DNA of 64,000 nt from Microcoleus sp. (GTDB lineage Bacteria > Cyanobacteriota > Cyanobacteriia > Cyanobacteriales > Microcoleaceae), in NCBI GenBank assembly GCA_052279835.1, contig CP181291.1:3744001-3808000 (forward strand), in the 5' to 3' direction. Shown here in pieces: positions 1 through 9,410 of the stretch. The first letter of the stretch is position 1. Each line of letters opens with the position of its first letter. The notes beneath the pieces are model-generated. The model ran no database searches. It had not been told where the DNA came from and was given only the letters and a program-made list of their open reading frames with translations. The translations under genes were made by a program, and so were the position numbers.

Positions 1-2524
1 CATTCGCCAGCGGGGAACAGTCATCGTAGCTATCCCCGTAATTTGTCTGTTTGCTTCGCTGATCGTCATAGCAGGACTGCGAAACAGAGCGATACAAACA
101 AGAAAGGAACTAGATAGCAATAAGGAAATACTTCAGCAAACAAACCGTTTGTTAAAAACAGTGGTGGATGCGGAAACTGGTCTTCGAGGTTATGGGCTAA
201 CCAAGCGGCGGGCATTTTTATCACCCTATTTTGAAGCAAAGAAAACTTTGCCTGAACAACTTTCTGAATTAAAAAATCTCACTAAAAAAAATTCAATTCA
301 AAGTCAGCGATTTGCCGAAATTAAAAAAATCACGGAACAGCAAATAGATTTTTTGGAACAGACTCTAAACCAGATTGACAATTCAGACATCAAACCCCAG
401 TCTCCGGAAATTACTCAGGCATTCACTGAAGGCAAATTCAAGATGGATAGGCTGCGGGAAAAAATTGATGCCTTTACAGACACAGGTGAAGCCTACAAGA
501 ACCTTCTCAACCCAAAAATGCAGCAGTTGGTGGGTCTAATTAATTCCGTCCAATTTACGGCTTTAGCGGTGGGCTTTTTTGGTGCCACAGCTTCTTGGTA
601 TTTATTTGATAGTTTAGACAAAGAATTGAACCAGCGGGAATCGAGTTTGCAAGAGAGTAAAACTCGCATTCAAGCTGTAGTCGATCGTGCAGCGGACGGT
701 ATTATTACTTTGGACGAAACCGGCACTATTGAGTCTTTTAATGCTGCTGCTGAACGAATTTTTGGCTGGAGTGCAGATCGCATAATTGGCTCAAATCTCC
801 GAAAATTGATCGCCAAACCTCAACCAGACAAAAGCACTGGCGATTATTCCATTGAATATTTTTTGCTAAATCCTGGTACTAAACTAAATGTTTATCAGCA
901 AGAAACTACCGGAATTCGCGGGGACGGAAAAATTTTTCCAATGGAAGTGGCCATCAGCGAAATGCAGTTGAAAAATCAACGTTTATTCATTGCAATTTGC
1001 CGCGATTTGGGACAGCGAAAACAAGCTGAAGAAACTCTACGCAAGCAAGCAAAAATGCTTGACTTAGCCAACGATACGATCGCCCTACTGGACTTGAAGG
1101 GCAAAATCTCTTATTGGAACCATGGGGCGAAGCGACTCTACGGGTGGCGCAATTCCGAAGCAATGGGAAAAAATATTCATGAACTTTTGCAAACAGAATT
1201 GCCTCAAACGGCTGAGTCAATTCAAGAGCAGTTTTTCTCTACAGGAGATTGGCAAGGTGAACTGGTGCGTAGTAAGCGAGATGGCACAAAAATCACCGTA
1301 GCAAGTCGCTGGACTTTGCAGCGGGATGAAGAAGGCGAAGCCCAGGCTATTTTGGAAATTAGCAACGATATTAGCGATCGCAAATTGTCCGAAATTGCCG
1401 CTTCCGAAAGCGCCGAAAGGTTTCGCGCCACCTTCGAGCAAGCCGCCGTTGGGATGGCCCAAGCAAATCTCGAAGGCAAGTTGCTGCTAGTCAATCAAAA
1501 GCTTTGCGAAATTTTGGGTTACAGTCGAACCGAATTGAGCGAGAAAAATTTTCAAGAAATTACTTTACCCGAAGATTTGGAACCCGAACTGCATCATTTG
1601 CAACGGTTATTAGCAGGAGAAATTGAAACTTACTCTATGGAAAAGCGCTATATCCGCAAAAATGGAGATTTGATGTGGGCAAACTTGAGTGTTTCCCTGC
1701 TGCAAGAACAAAATGGCAATAAATATTTAATGGGTGCTGTAGAAAATATTATGGCACGCAAACAAGCTGAGGAATCTTCGCGCTTGCAACAAGCAGAATT
1801 GAGATGGATGGCGGACACCCTCGCTAAACTCAGTCAGGATTTAAGAAAGCAGAATCAAGAACTAGACCAGTTTGCCTATGTAGTTTCTCACGATTTGAAA
1901 GCGCCATTGCGGGCGATCGCCAATCTCAGCAGTTGGATAGAAGAAGACCTCAGCGACTCGATGACAGACGATACTCTACACCAAATGAACCTACTGCGCG
2001 GCAGAGTGCACAGAATGGAAGGTTTGATTGAAGGACTGCTGCAATATTCCCGCGTCGGACGGATGCAAGTGGCTTCCGAAACAGTGAAAGTAGATAAGTT
2101 ATTAGCAGAAATAATTGATTCCCTAGCACCCCCACTGGAATTTGTGGTGAAAGTGCAACCAGGAATGCCAACTTTTGTAGCCCAAAGACTGCTCTTGCAA
2201 CAGGTTTTTTCTAATTTAATTAGCAACGCCATCAAACATCACAGAAGTCCCACCGGTCACATCACCATCTCTGTGGAAGACATCGGTGATTTTTATAAAT
2301 TTGCTGTAGCAGATGACGGGCCGGGAATTGCGGCTCAGTATCACGAGAAAGTTTTTGTAATTTTTCAGACTTTGGAAGCTCGCGATCGAGTAGAAAATAC
2401 TGGTATTGGTTTGTCCCTGGTTAAGAAAATTGTGGAAAATCAAGGTGGAATTATTTCCTTGGAATCGGCAGAAGGTGAAGGGGCAACCTTTCGCTTTACT
2501 TGGCCTAAGCAGCCTATTAAGTAG
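1..2524 (+). CDS. Membrane sensor histidine kinase (CHASE3-like sensor, three PAS/PAC domains, HisKA, HATPase_c); 5' end lies outside the window
   Basis: Frame open from position 2. VDAETGLRGY (CHASE3-like), three PAS repeats, H-box FAYVVSHDLKAPL, NLISNAIKH, DDGPGI, GIGLSLVKK. Confidence 0.92.
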   Translation, partial: IRQRGTVIVAIPVICLFASLIVIAGLRNRAIQTRKELDSNKEILQQTNRLLKTVVDAETGLRGYGLTKRRAFLSPYFEAKKTLPEQLSELKNLTKKNSIQSQRFAEIKKITEQQIDFLEQTLNQIDNSDIKPQSPEITQAFTEGKFKMDRLREKIDAFTDTGEAYKNLLNPKMQQLVGLINSVQFTALAVGFFGATASWYLFDSLDKELNQRESSLQESKTRIQAVVDRAADGIITLDETGTIESFNAAAERIFGWSADRIIGSNLRKLIAKPQPDKSTGDYSIEYFLLNPGTKLNVYQQETTGIRGDGKIFPMEVAISEMQLKNQRLFIAICRDLGQRKQAEETLRKQAKMLDLANDTIALLDLKGKISYWNHGAKRLYGWRNSEAMGKNIHELLQTELPQTAESIQEQFFSTGDWQGELVRSKRDGTKITVASRWTLQRDEEGEAQAILEISNDISDRKLSEIAASESAERFRATFEQAAVGMAQANLEGKLLLVNQKLCEILGYSRTELSEKNFQEITLPEDLEPELHHLQRLLAGEIETYSMEKRYIRKNGDLMWANLSVSLLQEQNGNKYLMGAVENIMARKQAEESSRLQQAELRWMADTLAKLSQDLRKQNQELDQFAYVVSHDLKAPLRAIANLSSWIEEDLSDSMTDDTLHQMNLLRGRVHRMEGLIEGLLQYSRVGRMQVASETVKVDKLLAEIIDSLAPPLEFVVKVQPGMPTFVAQRLLLQQVFSNLISNAIKHHRSPTGHITISVEDIGDFYKFAVADDGPGIAAQYHEKVFVIFQTLEARDRVENTGIGLSLVKKIVENQGGIISLESAEGEGATFRFTWPKQPIK

Positions 2525-2655
2525 AAAGAAGAAGTCACCCCCCACTACCAAGAATGAAACCGCCTTACCCCCCCCAAGGGGGGAAATTCAGGAATAAGAA
2601 AGAAGGAATAGGTATAACATTCCCAAAAGCGCCTTAATAAACTAGATCGTTACTA

Positions 2656-3495
2656 TTAATTTGCTCTCTTTCTGGTCAAAATTCCTTGACTGGGACTTAA
2701 CAAAAAAGCTAGCAAAAATAACCCAAAAATAACCAACACGATCGCCGCCCCGGACGGCATATTCAAATAATAGCTGAGATACATACCAGTCACACTAGCT
2801 GTAATCCCAATAATTGCGCCCAATCCCATCATTAAATGTAACTCTTTCACCAACAAATACGCAGTAATTCCCGGCCCGATTAACAGCGCAATCACCAACA
2901 GCGCCCCCACGGTTTGCAAACTCGCAACAATCGTCAACGTAATCGCTGAAATCATCCCCAGATAAATCCAGTTTACAGGCAAACCGCTGGCCTGAGAGCC
3001 CAGGGGGTCAAAGGTATAAAACAGCAGTTCCTTATAACAAATTTTCACCGCCACCAAAATTATCAATGTGGTGACAAAAGTTTGCTGCACGTCGGCTGGT
3101 GCAACGGACAAAATATTGCCAAATAAAAAGCCGTCCAAGTCTAACTTGGTGGTTCGCAACAAACTAATCAGCGTGATGCTAATAGCTAAAAATGTAGACA
3201 AAATTAATGCCATAATTGCATCTATTTTGATTCGGGATTGTGACTGAATCCAGGCCATGATGCCAGCACTGATTATCCCTGATATAAACGCGCCGATCGC
3301 CATAGGGAAACCCAAAGCAAAAGCCACGGGCAATCCAGCTAGCACGGAATGGGCAATCATGTCAACCATCATGCCCATTTGCTGTACAATTAAATAGGAG
3401 CCGACCACCGCGCAGAGTATTCCTAGTAATACGCCGATCGCGATCGCATTACGCATAAACTCAAATTTCAAAGGCTCAATTAGCAAGTTTAACAT
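2656..3495 (-). CDS. Metal (Zn/Mn) ABC transporter permease, ABC-3 family
   Basis: Hydrophobic 279 aa with DMIAHSVLAG and FLFGNIL; adjacent ATPase and binding protein. Confidence 0.9.
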   Translation of the reverse strand: MLNLLIEPLKFEFMRNAIAIGVLLGILCAVVGSYLIVQQMGMMVDMIAHSVLAGLPVAFALGFPMAIGAFISGIISAGIMAWIQSQSRIKIDAIMALILSTFLAISITLISLLRTTKLDLDGFLFGNILSVAPADVQQTFVTTLIILVAVKICYKELLFYTFDPLGSQASGLPVNWIYLGMISAITLTIVASLQTVGALLVIALLIGPGITAYLLVKELHLMMGLGAIIGITASVTGMYLSYYLNMPSGAAIVLVIFGLFLLAFLLSPSQGILTRKRAN

Positions 3496-3615
3496 TTATA
3501 GGACAAGGAACAACGCGCAGGAAACAATGCAGTCATAATCAATGGCACAACCCTGCACAGGCAGGATGCCCGTGCTACCATTAATTTTACAGGTAAAAAT
3601 ATATTTTCATCGACC

Positions 3616-4335
3616 TCAAACCGAAACTAAACTTAAATCATAACCATAGGCTTTATGAATATTAGCCACTGTCAGCACTTCTTTACAGGAACCAATCGCA
3701 ATTAATTGTTTGTTCAACAACAATAAATTATCATACTTTTTTAAATTTTCTCCTAAATCGTGACTAATTACTAGCAAAGTTTTATTGGCGGCTTTGAGTT
3801 CAGCAAAAATATCAAAAACAATCTCTTCTGTTGCTTTGTCAATGGCATTAAAAGGCTCATCAAAGAAGAATAAATCGGCCTGTTGGGCGATCGCCCTTGC
3901 TAAGAAAATTCGCTGCTGCTGACCCCCTGAAAGTTCGCCAATTTGCCGATCGCGCAAATCCCACATTCCCACCCGCAACAAAGCAGTTTTCACCAATTCC
4001 TGCGACTGACGGGAGGGACTGCGAAACCAACCAGTCTGGACTGTGCGCGCCATCATCACCGCATTCCACACCGTAATCGGATAATCCCAGTCAATTTGCG
4101 ATCGCTGCGGCACATAAGCTACCCGCCCCAACTGTTCCTTCAACAACCGCCCCTGATATTTTACCCTACCCCGACAGGCTGGAATCAATCCCAACATGGC
4201 TTTCACCATCGTGCTTTTCCCCGCGCCGTTGGGCCCGAAGACTCCCGTTAACTGTCCTGATGCTAAATGGAAATTGATGTTGTTCAGGGCCGAAATTCCT
4301 CGATAATTGACAGCCAAGTCTTGAACTTCTAGCAT
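3616..4335 (-). CDS. Metal ABC transporter ATP-binding protein (ZnuC/MntA type)
   Basis: Walker A GPNGAGKST, YVPQR, LSGGQQQR, FFFDEP. Confidence 0.93.
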   Translation of the reverse strand: MLEVQDLAVNYRGISALNNINFHLASGQLTGVFGPNGAGKSTMVKAMLGLIPACRGRVKYQGRLLKEQLGRVAYVPQRSQIDWDYPITVWNAVMMARTVQTGWFRSPSRQSQELVKTALLRVGMWDLRDRQIGELSGGQQQRIFLARAIAQQADLFFFDEPFNAIDKATEEIVFDIFAELKAANKTLLVISHDLGENLKKYDNLLLLNKQLIAIGSCKEVLTVANIHKAYGYDLSLVSV

Positions 4336-4347
4336 AATTTGAGATTT

Positions 4348-4411
4348 TGAGAACGATTCTTGTTTCCAGCTACTACAATAGAATAGCTCAAAAAACCAAT
4401 AATGATTATCG
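4348..4411. promoter_or_regulatory. Two putative Zur/Fur-family boxes in the divergent promoter
   Basis: TGAGAACGATTCTTG (4348-4362) and CAATAATGATTATCG (4397-4411) resemble the 7-1-7 TGATAATnATTATCA box and lie between metal-uptake genes. Confidence 0.55.
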
Positions 4412-4424
4412 TTTCTGAAGTCTT

Positions 4425-5438
4425 ATGTTCCAGAAGTTGACGGAGAAAACCAGCAGAGTCAGCGGTGTGGCGGTTTTGGCGATCGCGCTAGGATTAGTTG
4501 GATGCAGTGAAAAGCCCCAAGCCAGCAATCCCATACCTGAGAGTCCGGCGACCAATTTGCCAAAAGTAGTGGCCACTACTGGTGTTATTTGCGACATCAC
4601 TAAAGAAATTGCCGCAAGTTCGATCGACACTATTTGTTTAATTAAACCCGGAGATGACCCCCACGCCTATCAAACCAAGCCCGAAGACCGCAAAGCGATT
4701 GAAACGGGCAATCTGATTTTATACGCAGGTTACGACCACGAACCAACTATCATTAAACTGATCCAATCTACTACCAATTCTGCGCCCAAAATCGCCGTCC
4801 ACCAACTCGCAGTACCCAAACCACTCATGGGCGAACACGAGCACGAAGCAGAACACAAAACCGCAGCCAAACCCCATGAAGCAGAGGAAAAAGTTCCTGA
4901 CCCTCATGTTTGGCATAATCCTCAAAATGGCATTCTGATGGTGGAAGTAATTCGCGATGAATTAAAAAAAGTTGCTCCTAATAACGCTGAAATTTATACT
5001 ACAAATTCCGCCAAATTAATAGCAGATTTACAAAAATTAGATACTTGGATTAAAGCTCAAATTGCGACAATTCCCCAAGCTAAACGCAAGTTAGTCACTA
5101 CTCACGATGCTCTGAGTTACTATGCTAATGCTTACGGTTTCGAGGTAGCTGGAGCTTTGCAGGGTGTGACTACAGAAGAACAGCCCACAGCGGCTAGAAT
5201 CGCCGAATTGTCATCAGAAATTAAGAGGGCGGGAGTACCGACAATTTTTGTGGAAAGTACGACTAATCCCAAGTTGATGGAGACTGTGGCGAGGGAGGCT
5301 AATGTCAAAATTTCCGACAAGGAACTCTACAGCGACGAGTTGGGGGCTCCTGGTAGCGGCGCTGATACCTATGAGGGGATGCTGAAAAGTAATACTTGTG
5401 CCATTGTTTCTGGGCTTGGGGGAAATTGCACTCTTTGA
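4425..5438 (+). CDS. Metal ABC transporter substrate-binding lipoprotein (ZnuA family)
   Basis: Lipobox LVGC, DPHAY, His/Glu-rich loop, DPHVW, THDAL. Confidence 0.92.
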   Translation: MFQKLTEKTSRVSGVAVLAIALGLVGCSEKPQASNPIPESPATNLPKVVATTGVICDITKEIAASSIDTICLIKPGDDPHAYQTKPEDRKAIETGNLILYAGYDHEPTIIKLIQSTTNSAPKIAVHQLAVPKPLMGEHEHEAEHKTAAKPHEAEEKVPDPHVWHNPQNGILMVEVIRDELKKVAPNNAEIYTTNSAKLIADLQKLDTWIKAQIATIPQAKRKLVTTHDALSYYANAYGFEVAGALQGVTTEEQPTAARIAELSSEIKRAGVPTIFVESTTNPKLMETVAREANVKISDKELYSDELGAPGSGADTYEGMLKSNTCAIVSGLGGNCTL

Positions 5439-5565
5439 TGGATTTTCGGTATTTTTTGAATTGATATTAAATTTTAGGGTGCGTCCTGTGAGTTTTTGGA
5501 ACAATTTTTAGAGGTTCGGGAAGTGACGCACCTTATCAATTGCCACCCTAGGAACTGGGTGTCAA

Positions 5566-5820
5566 CTAGGATTGCTCATCGGTACTGGGAGGTTTTTGCC
5601 CTATGCCCAATTGTTTCTTGGATAATTTTAATTCTTTCCACAGCGCTTTAATATCTTTATAAGCTTTCTCAGCGCTAATTTTGCCCCCTGTTTCCAGGGA
5701 ACAAATGTAAGTTATTTTTTGAGCAAACTCTTGCAAGTTGGCATTGAACGCCAAGTTTTCTGGCGTAAAATCGCCGTAGTAGCGATGGCGAGGATGTAAA
5801 AAGTCTTCCCGCTCGGTCAT
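5566..5820 (-). CDS. Conserved cyanobacterial small hypothetical protein
   Basis: FLHPRHRYYGDFTPENLAFNANLQEFAQ motif; ATG at 5820 preceded by a purine-rich RBS-like stretch. Confidence 0.75.
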   Translation of the reverse strand: MTEREDFLHPRHRYYGDFTPENLAFNANLQEFAQKITYICSLETGGKISAEKAYKDIKALWKELKLSKKQLGIGQKPPSTDEQS

Positions 5821-6055
5821 TGCCCCCCTCCTAATTCCTGTTTGTAATGGCGATCGCTTGCTTCCATTGTAGGGCGCAAGTAGCAATTGCTTTATTTTGC
5901 CTTGTACTTACTTTATTAATCTAATTTTAACCTGATTTTACCCTAATTTTAACTTTTTTTTAACCTTATTTCACCAAAATTGGGAGCTGCGGATACCGCA
6001 ACTCCCTTTTCGTATAGTTTACAGCTTTTTCTTAACTTGGGTGCAAGCTCAGCAC

Positions 6056-6223
6056 TTACTTGTGGCAGTCGCAGCCGGCGTGGCCACAGCCAGTGCCGTT
6101 GGGGTGTCCGTCGGCGCAAGCAGTGGAACAGTATTGTTTGCCGTCTTTTTCAATGGCTGCACTCAGGTTGACAGTGCACAAGCAAGATGGACAGGCACAT
6201 TTTGTTTGGGTTGCAGTGGTCAT
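6056..6223 (-). CDS. smtA: Bacterial metallothionein
   Basis: 55 aa MTTATQTKCACPSCLC...YCSTACADGH...GCGHAGCDCHK, divergent from an ArsR/SmtB regulator. Confidence 0.95.
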   Translation of the reverse strand: MTTATQTKCACPSCLCTVNLSAAIEKDGKQYCSTACADGHPNGTGCGHAGCDCHK

Positions 6224-6264
6224 AGTGTTTTTTCGTGGTAGGTTGGTTTGTTTATATTTATATA

Positions 6265-6278
6265 TGAACACATATTCA
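6265..6278. promoter_or_regulatory. SmtB operator core
   Basis: TGAACA-CA-TATTCA inverted repeat just upstream of smtA, matching the 6-2-6 SmtB operator core. Confidence 0.75.
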
Positions 6279-6362
6279 GGGATAAGTCAAGGGGAGAGCA
6301 AATATTTTTGAAAGTGGGCGGAGGGACTATGTAGAAATCCTCAAATCTCAAATCGCATTAAA

Positions 6363-6806
6363 ATGACAATGAGAACCAAAATACATCTTGAAAGAATGTT
6401 ATCTAACTCTGCTGTGAATGGGGCGGTAAATGGACCGATCGCCCAAAATGATACACCAATCTGCGATCGACCGCACCTAGTTGACAGTTTGCGAGTCCAG
6501 GATATTCAAACACAAATTCTCGACACCACCAAAGCTCAGCGCATGGCAGAATTTTTCAGTCTTTTGGGAGATGCGAACCGCCTGCGACTGTTGTCGGTTT
6601 TGGCAAAACAAGAACTCTGCGTGTGTGATTTGGCGACAACTTTGGGGATGAGCGAATCGGCTGTGTCCCACCAGTTGCGGGCGTTGCGGGCGATGCGATT
6701 GGTACGTTATCGCAAGGTGGGGAGACAGGTTTTTTATAGTTTACTCGATCGCCATGTTTTGGAACTTTATAATGCCGTGGCGGAACACTTAGATGAAGCC
6801 GATTAA
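6363..6806 (+). CDS. smtB: ArsR/SmtB-family Zn-responsive repressor
   Basis: [23 protein letters not shown], alpha5 site DRH...EH. Start codon uncertain. Confidence 0.9.
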   Translation: MTMRTKIHLERMLSNSAVNGAVNGPIAQNDTPICDRPHLVDSLRVQDIQTQILDTTKAQRMAEFFSLLGDANRLRLLSVLAKQELCVCDLATTLGMSESAVSHQLRALRAMRLVRYRKVGRQVFYSLLDRHVLELYNAVAEHLDEAD

Positions 6807-6812
6807 GCTTTT

Positions 6813-6905
6813 GGGAATCGGGAATTGGGAATTGGGAATTGGGAATGGGGAATTGGGAATTGGGAATTGGGAATTGGGAATTGGGAATGGGGAATTGGGA
6901 ATGGG
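6813..6905 (+). repeat. Heptamer tandem repeat (GGGAATT)n, STRR type
   Basis: Visible tandem array. Same family at 18153-18289, 32768-32859 and 35211-35299. Confidence 0.95.
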
Positions 6906-7053
6906 CCATTGGTGTCAACTTAAGCTGTCAGCCCGCCAAGTCCCGCCCGTCATCCCGCGAGTCCGACAGGGGTTTCAACCCCTGTCTAATAGAAGACAGT
7001 CCTCTCAAAGAGGACTAATGAGTTGAAAATTCTTCTCTTCAGTCCTCTTTAGA
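6905..7053. mobile_element. Truncated copy of the MITE-like element found at 18659-18869
   Basis: Shares the left end CCATTGGTGTCAACTTAAGCTGTCAGC and internal hairpins; right terminal repeat absent. Confidence 0.65.
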
Positions 7054-7198
7054 GCGTTCCACGGGCGCCGCACGCCCGTTATGGGTAAAAGAAACTGTCA
7101 AGCGATCGCCAAAAGTTGTGAGCGATCGGATATATTATCCCTGTGTCCCGATAGTCAGACCGACAAGTCAATGGTGCTTAGAAGAGCCTGATTTAGAT

Positions 7199-7258
7199 CG
7201 AGCTGCTAATGCCTTCCGTTTGGCTGCTCAATCTTTATCTCGCTCTCAATCAGCTTTA
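7199..7258 (+). pseudogene. Possible IS110-family transposase fragment
   Basis: Translates to RAANAFRLAAQSLSRSQSAL, resembling the IS110 C-terminal region. Recognised by eye; very short. Confidence 0.45.
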
Positions 7259-7613
7259 GAGAACACAGAGGACACAGAGCAAGAGAATATGTGATAAGTA
7301 AGTCCACGTAATTAAATGCAACATCCAAATCGCTTAAAAGCTTACTGGCTTGCGATTCTTCCTTCTTCCTGAATTTCCCCCCTTGGGGGGGGTGACTTCT
7401 TCCTTCTACTTATGACAGTATTTTCCTGGTTCCCTATTTATGTTAAAGCCCCGACTTTTTTAAGAAGTCAGGGCTCTCGGTATTATGTTTTTGAGGTTTG
7501 CTTAACTATTTAGTAAAGTACCCACAGACAATATTCCATACTACCTCATACTACATACCTGTTGATATAAAATTCAAAGTACACACCTAAAAAAAACTGT
7601 TTGAAACTAACTT

Positions 7614-7838
7614 TTATTCTGCACTATCCTGGGGTATAATTAATCTGGGACACACGTATTGCCCACCATCCGTATCTCTACAAGGCCGCCTCGAATAACT
7701 CGACGTAAACAACTCAACTTCGTGATTAACCGTAGACTTAACAGTCACAGGACTTGGCAGTGCTTGAGAAGCTGGACTCAGATCGACTAGAGTTATAATT
7801 GCCAGTATTGTTGATGAAATCAAAACATTAGGTTTCAT
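7614..7838 (-). CDS. Small putative secreted peptide (74 aa)
   Basis: Signal-peptide-like MKPNVLISSTILAIITLVDLSPASQA; ATGA overlap with the TPR gene stop. Confidence 0.6.
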   Translation of the reverse strand: MKPNVLISSTILAIITLVDLSPASQALPSPVTVKSTVNHEVELFTSSYSRRPCRDTDGGQYVCPRLIIPQDSAE

Positions 7839-8560
7839 TTCTTTGTTTTTTCCTCTTTTAAGCTTTGACGTGCCATTCCTATCCATATATCCTCATCCAA
7901 TTCTTGAGAATCCGCATACTTAAGACAAATTTTCCATAAAGGTTGAGCTTCTTTCGTCTTTTTCATCCCTTCTAGAACTTGTGCTTTTAAACAGTAAGTA
8001 GCCGCTCTTTCGCTATCTATCTTGCTCGCTGCGTCCAGATGTTGCAGCGCTTCTGGATATCGAGCCTGTTTCAAGCGAGCCCAACCCAAATTTTTGAGCA
8101 AAGAATATTTGACTTGATCGTCCTTAGCTAATTTTAAACCTTGCAAAAGCAAATGAACAGCAGCAGGATAGTTTTTATCGTGAAGAATATATAACCGCGC
8201 TAGGTTACTGTAAGCAGCAGGCAAACCCAATTTAGCAGCTTCGCGATATTTTCCTCGCGCACATCCCAAATCCTGTACTTCTTCGCACAGCCATCCTAAA
8301 TTATAAAGAGCAGTTCTGTTTTTGGGATCTAAAGACAGGGCTAATTGATAGGATTCTTGAGTATCAGCCAATCGATCCGCCTTATAGTTTTCAAATCCTC
8401 TATTATTAAAAAGGGATGCGAGTTCCGGCAACCCTATTTGCCAGCCACCAAACCCTACTGTCAGCATTAAGAGCAAAGCAGCCCACTTTGAGTTATGATG
8501 CTTTTTAGGTGGCTGTTTTATAGCATTAGAAATGTTAGCTAATGGTTTTGTGTTTAGCAT
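7835..8560 (-). CDS. Membrane-anchored tetratricopeptide repeat protein
   Basis: N-terminal hydrophobic helix; ALYNLGWL, AYSNLARL, LLKNLGWA repeats. Confidence 0.85.
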   Translation of the reverse strand: MLNTKPLANISNAIKQPPKKHHNSKWAALLLMLTVGFGGWQIGLPELASLFNNRGFENYKADRLADTQESYQLALSLDPKNRTALYNLGWLCEEVQDLGCARGKYREAAKLGLPAAYSNLARLYILHDKNYPAAVHLLLQGLKLAKDDQVKYSLLKNLGWARLKQARYPEALQHLDAASKIDSERAATYCLKAQVLEGMKKTKEAQPLWKICLKYADSQELDEDIWIGMARQSLKEEKTKK

Positions 8561-8808
8561 ATTTTGACTTGAAAGTAGAGAGATATTTAATTTGCGATAT
8601 GGCGTAATGTTGACACTACGTATATGTATGCGACCATAGATTAATCCTTCATCGATTCCGAGGGACTATCAGGAGAGTTGCAGAAAATCAATCACTAGAC
8701 TTGGCTATGAACGAGATATACCAAGGCTTTCAGACTTAATTCCTTCTTACTTCCCCCCTTGGGGGGGGGCTGGGGGGGGTGACTTCTTCCTTATTCCTTC
8801 GGTTATAA

Positions 8809-9276
8809 TTAAAACTGCTTCATCGCGCGTTCCATATCCCGCTTGTCGTCGCGTTTCTTCATATCTTCCCGCTTGTCAAACAGTTTTTTGCCTTTCCCCA
8901 AACCGATATCCAGTTTTACCCATCCGCCTTTCAAATACATTTTTAACGGCACTAAAGTCAAGCCTTTTTCTTCCACCTTACCAATTAATTTACGAATTTC
9001 CTGCTTGTGCATCAGCAGTTTGCGGGTGCGACGGGGTTCGTGATTAAAATAGTTGCTAGCACTTCTCCAAGGGGAAATATGAACGTTAATCAGCCACAGT
9101 TCACCATTGCGGACTAAAGCATATCCATCCCGCAAATTAGCTTTACCTTCCCGAATTGATTTGACTTCGGTTCCCTTCAACTCGATTCCCACTTGATATG
9201 TATCTATAATTTCATAGAGATGCCGCGCTTGTCGGTTATCACTAAGAATTTTGTATCCTGGACTTTTTTCGCTCAT
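8809..9276 (-). CDS. smpB: SsrA-binding protein
   Basis: NRQARHLY, GIELKGTEVKSIR, NHEPRRTRKLLMHK, GKKLFDKR. Confidence 0.97.
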   Translation of the reverse strand: MSEKSPGYKILSDNRQARHLYEIIDTYQVGIELKGTEVKSIREGKANLRDGYALVRNGELWLINVHISPWRSASNYFNHEPRRTRKLLMHKQEIRKLIGKVEEKGLTLVPLKMYLKGGWVKLDIGLGKGKKLFDKREDMKKRDDKRDMERAMKQF

Positions 9277-9410
9277 TGTTATCTTCCCTTTATCTCCCTT
9301 AAAATTATTATAACTCTAGCTTCTCTGTAGAGAAAACAGAAGCTTGACAAAACTTAAATTACAAGTCTAGGCATTACCAATTTTGCTGAGCTAAGATGTC
9401 ACCAACGTGA

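Noticed and set aside
6556..7026. ORFs with SQFPIPN / GIGNWEL repeats (also near 32.6-32.9 kb and 35.2-35.4 kb)
   Set aside because: Stop-free translations of heptamer STRR arrays.
8561..9410. tmRNA or tRNA near smpB
   Set aside because: No recognisable tRNA-like ends. I found no rRNA or tRNA anywhere in the window by eye.
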